This document shows, in pieces, positions 18,884 to 31,180 of a stretch of DNA of 64,000 bases. A model generated the notes under the pieces. The model saw only the letters and a program-made list of their open reading frames with translations, was not told the origin of the DNA and searched no databases. How positions within the stretch are numbered: position 1 is the stretch's first letter; every line of letters starts with the position of its first letter. This stretch comes from Zygnema circumcarinatum SAG 698-1b (taxonomy: Eukaryota; Plantae; Zygnematophyceae), in NCBI GenBank assembly GCA_037447605.1, contig CM074808.1:434001-498000 (forward strand), given 5' to 3'. Made by a program: the position numbers and the translations under genes.

Positions 18884-21800
18884 ATGGTAAGCCTAGTTTG
18901 GCGTGAAGTAGTTCAACAGTTTTTCTTCACACAGAAAGCCCACGTGGCCCTCGATTTGAACGACGAATCAGATGGCAGTGTTCAGCTCAACCCGAGTATT
19001 GCAGAAATCGCATTAAACCGCAAACCTGGTTTGCCGTTTGGGCCATTTGTAAGCTCTAAGTTGGAAACTTGCGCACCTTCTCCCTCCCACTTGTACTGCC
19101 TGTTTGCCGAGCGTGCAGCTCTGCAGCTTAGTAGGCTCGAGCTCAGGCTCAAGCTCGGGCGCAGTTAAACAGGTGCAGAGCGCAGGCAGTCATGCTGCGC
19201 AGAGGAGAGCCACTGCTTCGAAAAATCTCTCAAGCCCTTGCTCCGAGGTTGAATTATGGTGCGCTTTCCAATACGCATGCTTTTGCATCGCATTCAGCAG
19301 CTCATCAAGAGTCTCAATTTGGAGGAGCAATTTCAGGTTTTTTAGGAGTTGTTTAAACCATCTCATAACACTATTTTGTCAAGGCCTTGTCAGTCTTTTT
19401 TTTGCCTCACGGTTTATTAGTCCATATGAGTTGAAGCTGTGCTTCGAACGGATTGCTTAAAGAAGAGGGAAAACTGGTGAAGAGTTGCGACCGAGAGGAG
19501 TAGCGAACTGGCTAAGACAAATACAAATTCATTTCTCAGAGCAGATTTGCAAGCATCTGCAGCTATTTTGGCGAATTTCGATGCGTGACATGTCTATTTG
19601 TCAATAGTCTAACAAAGCCGGCAGAGTTGGGTTCTTAACCTGTTTCTTTAATGCTTTCAATACTGTCGAGGAAAAACCGTCATTGAAACACTTACTTGCT
19701 AGGAGAAGTGTGGCGTGGTTTCAGTAGTTCAACGAGCCCTTTCAAGCAACTTCTTAAGCCATCATTTTTGCAATCAATTAGCCGCCGAATTGGTCACATT
19801 ATGTAATCTGGCTGTTGGTGCTGCAGGATCCGAGAAATTGGCCAATGCTTGTACAGACTTAACTGCACCTATGATTTTACGTTTAGATTCTTCAGTACCT
19901 TGCATTGAAGCGACAAACTTACATCAGCATTCAAGGTGCAACTTTTCTTCTTGATGGGACACTTAATACGATATGATACTGGAAATTCAAGTGACATTCT
20001 AGTTTTATTGGATGCAAGTTGCATTGTATCAGTGTACCGCAATATTGATCGTTTTTCATCATGCTTCACTTACTTTCCCTATTTGAGATTGTGTGTTTTG
20101 CATTCGAAATGAATCACGAGTGCAAGCATATTGCAAGTTAAATGCAGACTTCGAGTCTCCTAAGAAAACGATGCCATAAGTGATTTGGCAGGTCATATCA
20201 TGGACGGAGCACAGCCGACATGGGCATGCGTGGCACGACAGTGTTATGCGTGCGGAAGGACAAGAAGGTGGTCCTGATTGCGGATGGACAGGTGACGATG
20301 GGGTCAGAGATTGTGAAGCCCAACGTCAAGAAGGTTCGCAGAATTGGGGAGAGAGGGGATGTCATTGCAGGCTTTGCAGGTAAAGTCGGTTATTCACAGT
20401 CATTTGGAACCTGTAAACTTTATGCCCGGAACACAAAGTTTGACTGCCGTTATTGCTGTTGCTGTTTCTTGAACTTCTTTGTCTCGATAATCAGTCGGTA
20501 TACAAGTTTGCAAAGCTGGGATGCACGGCAATATCTGATTAATGGAGTTCCCGTGTCTAGTATGATTCTGTATTTACGTGGGCCTTACTGATACAAGAAC
20601 GCTTTATCTTTTGACTCTCTCAAATGATGATACCATATAGTGTAGTTCCTTGTGTTTTTGCGATTCTTTCAGGAATAAGATAGGGGCATGGAAGTACTGC
20701 TGTTTGAGTGAACATGACCATGTGGCTTTTGTTTACCTTGACAATGCCCCTGACGTCACGTGACACATTATGGCGTGAATGGCAGGTGGCACAGCGGATG
20801 CATTCACACTGTTTGAACGCTTGGAGACACGTCTGGATGAGCATAGCGGTGAGCTTGTTGAAAAGCAAGATTGTGTAACGAGGCCTGCATAGATATGTCA
20901 AAGTGGTTTGTCTTGTTTTTTGGTGGAGCAAAGGAGTCGTGCGTGGCGAGTTCAATGAACCTTGCAACGGAAAGCCTTTCATCAAAAGCTGGTTGTCTTA
21001 GCTTTCTCACTGACATGTAAAACATTACATGCTGAATGAAATCATGGTGCCGCTCAACAATTCAAAATTGGAAATCGGCCTTGGAAAAAGACTCTTAGTG
21101 CTGAAGACAACAAACCCTGAACCTCCGTTGTGGCTGTTGGGGTTTGGGCTGTGGGTGCAGGACAGGTAGGACAGATTCTTCTCTCTCGCAGTTCATTAGA
21201 AAGGAGCTGCATGAATACTTCAGAATATGGGGATTACATTGCATGATTATGTCTGGCTGGACAATCTCTTTTATCTAGCTCATAGTGTTGAGTTTCTTTT
21301 TGCATTATGTTATGTGCTTCATCTGCTGTTGCAGGGATTCTTGAAGTTCATTGGAATGCTGTGATATGTAAAGACGGAGTTTTTTCTTAGTGTATCAAGG
21401 AAATAGGAACTAGGAAACAGAAGATAATTGGGTAGATTATAGTTTGTGTTAAGAATGGAGTCTTTCCTATGCAAGAAGATTCCCATCATTTTATCATGAT
21501 GCACATTGGATTGATGGGCATGCAGGAGGTCTGCACTTAAGATTGTACTGCTGAGGGGGCCTGCAGCTGACTCGAGCGGCAGTGGAACTAGCTAAGGCAT
21601 GGAGAACTGATAAATATCTTCGACGACTTGATGTAAGAACCTCAAGCATCTAAGTATTATCGGTTGACATGCAAAACAAGTATTGTGGAAAGCATTTGGT
21701 CTGTAATTACAGTTTATAATATATGTGGGGCTTATAAGTATGGGTCGGACAAGTATTTTCATTCTTTTGGAATAGTCGTTTGGGCATTCATATACGTCTG

Positions 21801-23333
21801 CCTGTACATCTGTGTCGCATCCTAAGTGAAGATTTTGGCTTTTTTTTGGTTTTTGTACTTTCCTTTCGTGTTGTCCTTGTGCGCATCGGGAAACATGCAA
21901 AACGAATTGTCTTTTCCTCCCGTGCATTGACCTGCATCTGGAAAAGCTGAGTTTGCAGAGGCGTGAATGTCTCTGATTGCCAGATCAAAAAACTCTGTAG
22001 TATTTACCCTCGCTTAAACCTACAAAGTAGTCTGGTTCATTGGAAAAAGTGATGCTAGATTTTCTCTCTCAAACAAGCTTCTGGTCTTGATATCATCCCG
22101 GGTGAGTGGGACTGCAGGCAGTTATGGTGGTTGCGGACGCTACCACATCCCTCACAATCAATGGCATTGGCGATGTCCTTGAACCGTACGACGGAATAAT
22201 AGGTTAGTGTACCATGCTGCCTGACTTGCTTGTCGACGGGATTGGCATGATTTCCTGTATATGAAACTATTGACGATCTTGACTGACGGATGAAAAATGG
22301 GCTTCCATGACTGCATGGACAGGAGAGGGCATAGCCTTACTCGCTGCACCTGCACAGATTGCTTCCAATCTACTTGTTTAAGAAGGGCAGGATTTTTCGA
22401 GCTTTCTTGGCAAACTCATGCTATTTTGTTGATCTTACTTCTGGCTATTTTTTGTGTGGGAGGCAGTGTTGTCTTGCTCGTGGACTTAAGGGTAAAGTAG
22501 ATGATGTGAAGTATAGATGTATATATAGGGAACTTTACAGGGCTTTTACTGCCTTGCCCCATCATACGGATGTGAAAGCATTTCTTGAATCCTCTACTTC
22601 ATGCAGCCATTGGTTCCGGAGGCTCGTATGCTCTCGCCGCCGCAAGAGCACTCATTGATATTCCGGGCATGGATGCGGAGGCCATTGGTGAGTGCTTAAC
22701 GCTGTGTGAGGTTATGTGAACCTTAGATTTTTGGGGCAATTGTAGTTTTTCATGCTAACGGTATACGTTGATTATCAGTAGAGTTTAGTATATCTGTAGT
22801 ATTACAATGTTCATGTCTTTGCTAGTTAACCAGGCCAGAGTTAACCCTGGAAAAAGCCAATGAACCTTTCTTACTCTCTCTCCTCTCCTCCCCTTTCCCC
22901 ACCCTCTCCGCCCACTCCCTCTCTCCCTCTTTCCCTCCCAATCCCCCTCCCCTTTGCCCACTCTCTCTCTCTCCCTCCTTTCCCTCCCTCTGTCCCTCCC
23001 ACTTTCCCTCCCTCTCTCCCTCCCCCACGCCGACTTCCTCTCCCTCTTCCCTTCTCCCCCTGCCCCTCCCTCCCCTTGCCCTCTCTCGCTCCCTCCCTCC
23101 GTCCGTCCCCCCCTTGCTCTCCCGCTCCCTCTCCTTCGTTTATCGCTCTCACCCTCATTCTCTACCTGTGCGCAGCTCGAAAGGCAATGAAGATCGCCGC
23201 AGATACATGCATCTACACGAACAGCAACTTTTGTATGGAGCAAATCGTTGGTGAGGAGCAAATCGTTGGTGAGGAGCAAATCGTTGGTGAGGAGCAAATC
23301 GTTGTTGAGGAGCAAATCGGTGTTAAGGAGTAA
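18884..23333 (+). CDS. hslV: HslV (ClpQ) ATP-dependent protease subunit with long N-terminal presequence, 10 exons including a 5-nt microexon
   Basis: Mature part [110 protein letters not shown]. Exons: 18884-18886, 19119-19247, 19703-19935, 20192-20379, 20786-20848, 21161-21165, 21567-21632, 22118-22202, 22607-22687, 23176-23333. The first three exons are inferred from splice signals and phase only. Confidence 0.9.
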
Positions 23334-23345
23334 GTCGTTGTTGAG
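23238..23345 (+). repeat. 18-bp coding tandem repeat GAGCAAATCGTTGGTGAG x6 (EQIVGE) spanning the HslV stop
   Basis: Read directly; the sixth unit carries CAA>TAA, which is the stop codon. Confidence 0.9.
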
Positions 23346-24015
23346 TAGCGGCAGAGATGGGCATGGAACAAAATGTTCACACATCCATAGGGATGAGCTG
23401 CAAGGGCCCGGAGAATATGTCATCAGATGAGATCCTCATTTATAGGCAAGGGAACAATGCGCATCATTCGGGGCCTTCCGATGTCATATATTTGGTGGAC
23501 TCTTCAATTCTTATATTGGTTCCACATCCACTATGGCATGAGAGGAAAACAAAGTGTTGAGGGAGGTGGATGATTTTCAGAAATTGCGAAGCGCTTGTCC
23601 TCTGTTCTCTCTCCAATGAGTTTTACTCCTTTTACAGACCGGAAGATAGAACGCAGTCCGACTGCTCGCTACATTGGCCCGCCTTGCATCCCTAACGGCT
23701 GCATAGTATCAGGGACTGTGTCGTCCGCAAACATCTGTCCCACAGAATACATGTTGTGACGAGCAGCACGCCACCATGCTGCCATTTAAGAAAACATACC
23801 ATGTCTCAATACCTGCAGGAAAGAAGAACCCATGCACCAACCTTTAAGGTGCCTTAAAGGTGGAGAACGGGTGCAAGCATTATCCCACCATTCGAATGCT
23901 CCTCCAATAGACAACATTTTCCTACCCTAAAAAAGGTTACTAACCAAATTAGGATAATGCTTGAAGCAGGGCGTTAAGCCAGAGCCTGAAGGCTTGCCGG
24001 TTGCTCGCTCTTTGG

Positions 24016-24139
24016 CATATCGTCATATCGGCATATCGTCATATCGATAGCGCAACGGCATATCTCCATATTGACAAAGTATCGACATATCGTAATATTG
24101 TTGTCGTATCGTCGTATCATAATATCGACTGTGTATCGG
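24016..24139. repeat. Degenerate CATATCG(T) short-period repeat
   Basis: gcatatcgtcatatcggcatatcgtcatatcg...gacatatcg...aatatcg seen directly. Confidence 0.7.
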
Positions 24140-24846
24140 AAGCGGGCCGGCGGAAGCCGTCAAAACTAAACTTGCCGGCCGGCGGGACTGCCGTCCGAGT
24201 AGCCAGATCTGACTAACTGGCAGGCAGAGGTGGAGCTGACTGATTAGTCGCGCCTGACTGACTAGAACGGTGCAAGCAGACCTGGCTCCTGGCTGACCGT
24301 CGGCTACCGGCAGTGACGCCGGTCGCCAGGGCCGGTTCGGGCAGCAACGGTAAAATATTTTTGGCTGACATATTCCAATAAGTACTCGTTCTTACACATG
24401 TGGGTACACGTGGCGATGTAACATTGGACTTTTTCGTTACCCTTTTTTTTTGTCGTGCATCCTTGCACACCGATTTTGCTTGGCAGTCGGCGGGACGTTT
24501 TTGAGTGCAGGCCAAGGCCGGGCCTTGCAGGAGGGACTTGCTGCAGGTGCAGATTTTGGGACTCGGCAGAGGGCGGGTCGATTGCTTGCAATGCCAATGC
24601 CGGTGTTGCGTTCATTTACGAACTAAATCGCTTGCTTTATCGATTGATTGATTGTTTGCAAATCATTCTGAGTAGTGCAGCTCGTGAGTCGGTTGAAAAT
24701 ACCTCTGCAAAATGCGGAAGTGTATTCGATTGTTAAAGTCAGTTATGGGATAAGTACCTTAATCTTTGTGTATGTGGATATAAATCACAATAACGTGAGT
24801 GTTTCTTGACAATTGGACTTAAGAATCGAATAAGCTCGCTCGAGAA

Positions 24847-27074
24847 ATGGCCAGGACACGAACGGGTCGACCTTGGGAGAATAAAACTCGTCCAGGTTCT
24901 GGACACGGACCATCCACGGAATTTAAACTATAGATTTTGGACTTGATTTTCAATTAGTATAGAACAAACGAAAGTTGTTGTGATGATGAAATTGTTAGTT
25001 GCTACTCCAATAATCTAACTGCAGCGATTCCGCAATCGTCGGTTAGCTTGCTTTCCTGCTGCTGTTTAGCTTCCCTTGAACTTCTCTACTAACAAGTTCC
25101 TCGTTGAATAAAATAAACTAAGTTACGGGTCACTACTTGTCTTCAATAATCCTTATTTCATACAAAAAATCTGTAATTGATTTCCTGCTTTTCAAAATAA
25201 GGACCCAGCGAGGACAATGGTAAGCTAACCGGCTCCTTCCCGCATGGTGAAAGCAAGGAGCCTGTACTTCCACGTATTGACTTCGCCCTTACGAAATTTT
25301 GAACACAGACTCAAGCGTGTGCACGCGTAAGAAAAGGTTGCGAGGTGCGGAAAAAGGGGAAGTGGTACAGTCCAACGTCCTGCTTCCATATCTTTCGCCA
25401 GTCTGGATGCTTCTTTTTTCATTTCTCGTTATGATCGAAGTAAGAGAGGCTTACGGGTCGGAGATCATGATCTTGACGTTAACTACTGTTTTTTAAGCAG
25501 GAGCGAATTGAGGCGGCTATCTTGGACACGCTTCAAGGACATGCCCTGCGGCTTTCTGAACTTTTCCAGGCCCTGTCTGGATATCAGAAACGGCATGTTG
25601 AATTTGCAGCAAAAATGTGAGTCATATCAGGCAGGAATCCACTTCTTTGAACTTGGTCGAACATTTAGCCTAGCGCCTGCCTATTGCAGAAACACAATCT
25701 CATAATGATTGATAGATCAATGCCCTCAAATTATAGCCTATTTCATACGTGTATATTTGGGAAGACTGCTTGGGTGCCAGGCTGCAAGCTTTTCTCAGAA
25801 ACAGATTATCCACAATGACCCGACCCTTTGAATTCAACGAGTTTTGCTAATTTCTATTCGTTTGGAGGTCCATTTGTGCAGTCATGTCGTTCTTCTAGTG
25901 GAATAGCAAACTGATCACAATAAGCATGTAATTGATTGTTCATGAGGCTGTGCGAACCTCGCAGGTTAACAGATCGCGGACTAATTATGGAGTTGGGAAC
26001 GATTTCAACCGACTTTGTTTGGTATACAGTAAGGCAGCTCTTGAGTTGAACATGTTAATCTGCAAACTGCTAAAGGTTGTCCAGCCATGACGGCGTTGTT
26101 TCAAAGTCGAAATTTTGCCTTATCCATGTTTGCTGTCGCCTTTTAACCCAGGCAAAGCCTGGGATATTCAAACTGCCTACTCTTTACGTGAAGGAGGAGG
26201 AGACGGACGAAGACTGCAGACAGGATTCTAGCACTTTTACGGAAGAAAGTTCCACAAAGAGCAGCTCCAAAAAGGTTTGCTTTCCACGACAAGCTTATGC
26301 GTATTCAGATCCAGAATCAATGGACTTGCGTTCGAAAGCTATTGTGGAGTTCCGAAGAACTTGCATAAAGGGCATTCTTGATTTTTGCTCCAGACTTTAC
26401 GGTCCCTATTTTTGTTAAGATAGACTCATTTGATTCGAATGCGGCCGTGAAATTTGTCAGAAACGGAATGGAAAAACAGCAGAAAAAAATGTGCCACCTA
26501 CAAGACGAAAGGAGAGGTCCGCAGATAGCGATATCCATCATCACATGGTAGGATTTCGCACGAGCTTTTCTTATCCAAATAGAATTACCTCTGTTTGCCT
26601 CCAGCTAAGCCGTCACTCCTCCTTCAGAGCCGAATTGATGGGCAATCCATTTTTAGGTTGGAAGGCGGGCCAACCGGCTTACACAGAAGACAAGTCTTTT
26701 CCATGCTACCGTTGCAGGATCGAAAGAGGGAGCCCTTTTTTGGCATGCAAATTACACGGATGCTCACCTTTAAGTATTTGCTGTGACGTCAGGAACCTGT
26801 TGAAGGAACGCCTGTGTGGTCCGACTCAACATATCGTGTTGTCTATGACCTAGATGCAAAGGATGACACACAAGCTATTCATATCTATGCCAAAATTGGA
26901 GAAGGCGAGAAGGAGAGGCGCATTGCTGTTGGAAATAGGAAAAGAGCACCTTGCGTGTGGCAGTTTCAAAGTGACTCAACGCTTGTGGGCGTTCCAGCAT
27001 TCAGAGGCACTGGTTGGCCAGCTGTGTGTGATTGGCTCCATGACACTTTCAAGATCCGTCCACAGGTGCTGTAA
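24847..27074 (+). CDS. Hypothetical multi-exon protein with winged-helix-like N-terminal domain
   Basis: Phase-compatible GT-AG exons at about 24847-24895, 25202-25218, 25309-25364, 25501-25616, 25965-26029, 26152-26274, ~26420-26547, 26657-26693 and 26793-27074. They give MARTRTGRP..RKKRLR..ERIEAAILDTLQGHALRLSELFQALSGYQKRHVEFAAKMLTDRGLIMELG..VWYT. The 25501-26274 and last exons are best supported; other boundaries are tentative. Confidence 0.55.
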
Positions 27075-27782
27075 CTGCAATCCATGCAAAACACCTCTTG
27101 CTTGAAACGATGTTTGCCAATCATGTAAACATAAAAAGAAAGAGCAAAAATGAGCATCGGTGTGATGTGATTCGCGTGGTCCATTTAGTGTCTTTTTTTA
27201 ACATCTAGACGTTCCATTTACAGTACGTATATTTGAGGTTCAACACGGTCATCGAAATCACAGTGAGAGGATGGTTTTCAATCCCTTTCCTTCTCGAATT
27301 TCTGCTTCCGTTTTTTCTATGGTGCAGGTAACTGCTAAAGTTATTGGAGGGTATGCTGGTCGGGTCAAGCCAAAGGCGGAACCGGTATAAAACGAGCGAG
27401 CTCACGAACCAGAAAACCGACAGCAAACCATAAACAGCCACAAAAGGATTACTCCGAAGGACCCGTCCTGTCCCTGATTAATATTTCAATTATGGCTCCA
27501 TTCTATTTCGGACACTATGTCTCTGGTCCAGATCGATTGTTGTTCTCATCCACAAAATTTCGGTGCTTATTGCAGCTATTGCTGTAGAGTATTTCCTTTT
27601 TCTTTTCTGCACCTCTGTGCTCACAAGGCGGATTTTTATTTTTTAGGGGGGGAACGGGAATGCTTTCAGTTCGTAAGAATTTACGCGAATGAACAAAAAT
27701 GTAGTAAGAAAAATAACTTAAAACTATTTCAAAGAGTGACTTGATTACGGTAAACGATGCCTTTTCCCTCCCCACCTTTCTC

Positions 27783-27922
27783 CCACTCCCACTCCCACTC
27801 CCGCTCCCACTCCCACTCCCCACTCCCACTCCCACTCCCACTCCCACTCCCACTCCCACTCCCACTCCCACTCCCACTCCCACTCCCACTCCCACTCCCA
27901 CTCCCACTCCCACTCCCACTCC
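27783..27922. repeat. (CCCACT)n hexamer microsatellite, ~23 units
   Basis: Read directly. Confidence 0.95.
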
Positions 27923-28451
27923 CTCGCCTCCACTTTACCACCATCTACCTACTCTCCAGTTCCCGACCTCTCCCTCATATTCCCTCCTTTCGCTCCGCTC
28001 CATCTCGTCTCATCGCCAGCACCCCCTCCCACTCTTCTTTAGGCCCTCTCCCACCCGCTCTCTCTGCTCCCTGACCCCACTCACAACATAGGAAACTCGT
28101 GCGATGACATCAGCACATATCCAACCAAATTCAGAGCAACAATGGCCCTCAACAGGCCATTCCCTTCAACGCAATCAGTTGTACGCATTACATATCTACA
28201 GGCATTCTGTTTCTCGTTTCCGTCATCATGACTTCTACATTACTATCCGCCGAGCATCTTGTCGCAGAAAACATGACTAGCTGCGTCGTTTCAGGCTCCT
28301 TGCCTCGTTTCAGGCTCCTTACTTAGAGTACACAGTGAAGAACTGAAGTTCAAAATTTTGGGGCTTTAGGGTTTGGCTGTTCTAAAGTTTAGGGTTAGGT
28401 TTTTTTGAATGTTCGGAGTTTTAGGGTTAAGGTTTGTTCCTATGGGTTGGT

Positions 28452-30369
28452 TCACTCCAGCGTCCTAAAAGCCTCCCCTTCCATTGCTCTGTCGGCAGAG
28501 ACTGCAGTGAAGATGACGAGGGCCCCGAGGAGGTAGACGAGGAGGCCGAGCACGTTGCCGAGGCGGGCTTCGGTGCTCGTCCTTTCCAGGCCGCCATAGA
28601 AGAGGAAAGTGAGCTTTTCAAGGATGCCCTGAGTGGCAGTCGTGAGGGCTAAAATGTAAATAAAAACACCGGCAAATGTGTGCCAGGGGAGTGCCACCTG
28701 GCGCGCTGGAACAGCGGCGCCGGGGTACAAAAAGGTCACGAATCCGACCACCCACTGCAGGACGATGGAAAAAAAGGATACATAATAAGAAATTGGAAGA
28801 AAGAACGAATGAGGAAAGGATAAATAGAGTAAAAAACAAAAATATGAAGAAATAAACATGAAGAGTAGCGAACTATTCATGCTCCGTTGGAGGGGGGAGA
28901 AAAGGCTTACCTGAATGCCAAAAAGGATAAGCGTGGCAAGACCAAACCACGAGTGCAGACTGTACATATTCAAGATTCCTGCTTCGTTATGATACTTGAA
29001 TGCAGCGATCACTCCGATAACGGCAGCGAGTAGCGCCAACCCGTTCAGAACTGCGTGAACTGTTTTCCGTAGTGCTTTGGTGCCAGGAAGGATGCGATAA
29101 GTCAGAATAGCTGCAATAGGTCCAATATCAGTGTGTCAGAATCGCCCCTAAAAGCCGTTTTAAAAAACAGCAATGACAATCTTCTAAACGATGGGAAAAG
29201 TATGGTAGTCCGGTGCGTTCGTGCAGAGGAGAGGGAGCGGAAGGGGGAACAGAGAGAGGGATGGGGGGACAGGGAGCGGGCCGGAGTAAAAAAGACGGAG
29301 AGAGAGGTTGGGAGAAAAGAGGCAAAAGGGGGGAGAGAAACGGAGCAAGGGAGGGAGGGAGAGGGAGAGAGAGGAGATGAGAAGGGGGAGGCGGGGGAGG
29401 GGGAAGGGGAGAGAGAGGGGCCAGGAGGGAGGGGGAGGGGAGGGGGGAAAGGTGGGGAGAGAGAGAGAGTGAGAGAGAGAGCGAGAGAGAAAGGGAAAAG
29501 AGAAGAGAAAGAAGAGAGGCTTATTCAGAAAGCCGATGCTCTCAGGTTCTTATCCCCATACGTGCTCATCGTGGGCAAAAGCAACCAACTAAAGAATATA
29601 ACTAGTTGTTACTTTTGAGAAAGCTTTCAGGTATTTCTTTACCTTCTCCATAAAGAAAAATAAAGCCGCCCAGCATGAGAAGAGGGTGCCACTGTCCCCT
29701 CGAAAAAACGACCGCCCCCAATCAATCAAAACATGCATAGAAATCATTCAGCTACCTTCAAATCCCTCTGCCAAAAGCTTCAAGTACAGCTACAATGGTA
29801 AATATAAACTCCGGCAGGAAAAGAAAATTTCTCAAACGGAAAATCAAAGTTATGCAGTCATCTTCGCCTCTCTACCTCTAATTCCTCCATCTCCTTCACT
29901 TGACCCTCCTTCCCCTTCATCACTCCCGTTCTTCTTTCCTCTCCCTACGCCCTCTCCCACAGCTCCCCACCACCTCTCCCGTCACCTTCCCGATCCCCCC
30001 CTCCCCAACTTCCCACCTTCTCCCCTACCCCTGTGTTCCCTTCTCCTCCCCTCCCCTTCGTTCCCCTTCCCCATTCTCCTACTTCCAGCCCCCCTCACAA
30101 CTTCTCTTCCATCCCCTTCCCCCAATCTCCTCTCCCCCCACTTCACCTCTACCCTTCCNNNNNNNNNNCCCCCCCCCCCCCCCCCCCCCCTCCGGCCCCC
30201 CTCGCCCCTTCCTCCCTACATTGAAGATCTTCTGCTTCTCGTCGGTGTTCCACGCCACTCCCCCCCGGTATGCGAACACCCACACGCTGACGAGCACCAC
30301 GGCTGCCCCCCCCGCCGCGTGCGTGGCCAGCGCCAGGACGGGCCCCGCGCCGTCCAGCGCGCCCGCCAT
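28452..30369 (-). CDS. Cytochrome b561 (transmembrane ascorbate ferrireductase), 4 exons
   Basis: WVFAYRGGVAW..KIFN|WHPLLMLGGFIFLYGEA|ILTYR..RKTVH..AAFKYHNEAGILNMYSLHSWFG..Q|WVVGFVTFLYPGA..LPWHTFAG..GILEKLTFL. Four heme-ligand His and the SLHSW motif are present. An alternative in-frame ATG lies at 30462. Confidence 0.93.
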
Positions 30370-31180
30370 GGCGCCGCGCCGCGCCTGCAGGCTGCCGCGC
30401 TCGAACTCTGCCAAGAAGGAGCCTCTGCGGGAGGAGGAGGACCCCTGGGCCTTCCTCTGCATGCCCCGCCGGCTCCTCCCTCCTCTCTCTCTCTCGCCCT
30501 CCCTCACTCTCGTCCACGCTCGCCGTCTCCGTCTCCCTCGCTTTCAGTGCGAGCGAGAACTTCCGCGGGACGGCGGAGAGTAAGGGCGCAGTTTCGCGGG
30601 ACAGCGGGGGGAGGCTGGGGAGGGGGGGGGATGCCGTTTCGTGGAACGGCGAGAGTCTGCGGCGTTCCGCGGAACGATGATAAGGGAGAAGCATGGAGCC
30701 GGTTCTGTTTAACAAACTGTAGAACTGCGAGCCAGCACGCGCGCATAGAGCCCTGCGGTCGGTGGGGATTGGCGGGACATCATCAGTGAATGCGTTCGCT
30801 GATACGACAACAGAGGTCATCTTTGTTTGTCGTTTTTTGCAACCGGGACGACAACAAACAGTACCGAACTGTACCGGTAAAAGTAACCGTATTACAGGTG
30901 AAGATTCTGAACCTTGGCAAAAACCGACAAAACAAAAAGACGGATTTTGTCCGTAAGTCTGTCAACCAGCAATGCGTGACACAATGACAGATAACGACCG
31001 ACCGTACGGAACCGGCTCACAGTTGTGGCGGTTAAAGCGGTCACGCAATCCGTCAACCGAAGTTCCCTAAATCCAGATTTGTGCCGCACCGCACGCGAGG
31101 ATCGAACCCGCGCCTTTTGCACCTTGGAAGGGTGCGGAGCTCCGCACGAGCGATCGCAAGTTCGCCACGGCGAGACTGTG

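Noticed and set aside
20192-23333. HslV as bacterial contamination or recent HGT
   Set aside because: Nine spliceosomal introns in host style and an N-terminal extension.
26784-26786. In-frame TGA between two same-frame ORFs as selenocysteine or readthrough
   Set aside because: A GT-AG intron (26694-26792) removes it in phase, and no SECIS was recognised.
27515-28091. ORFs with PT/GV/EW dipeptide repeats
   Set aside because: Translations of the (CCCACT)n microsatellite.
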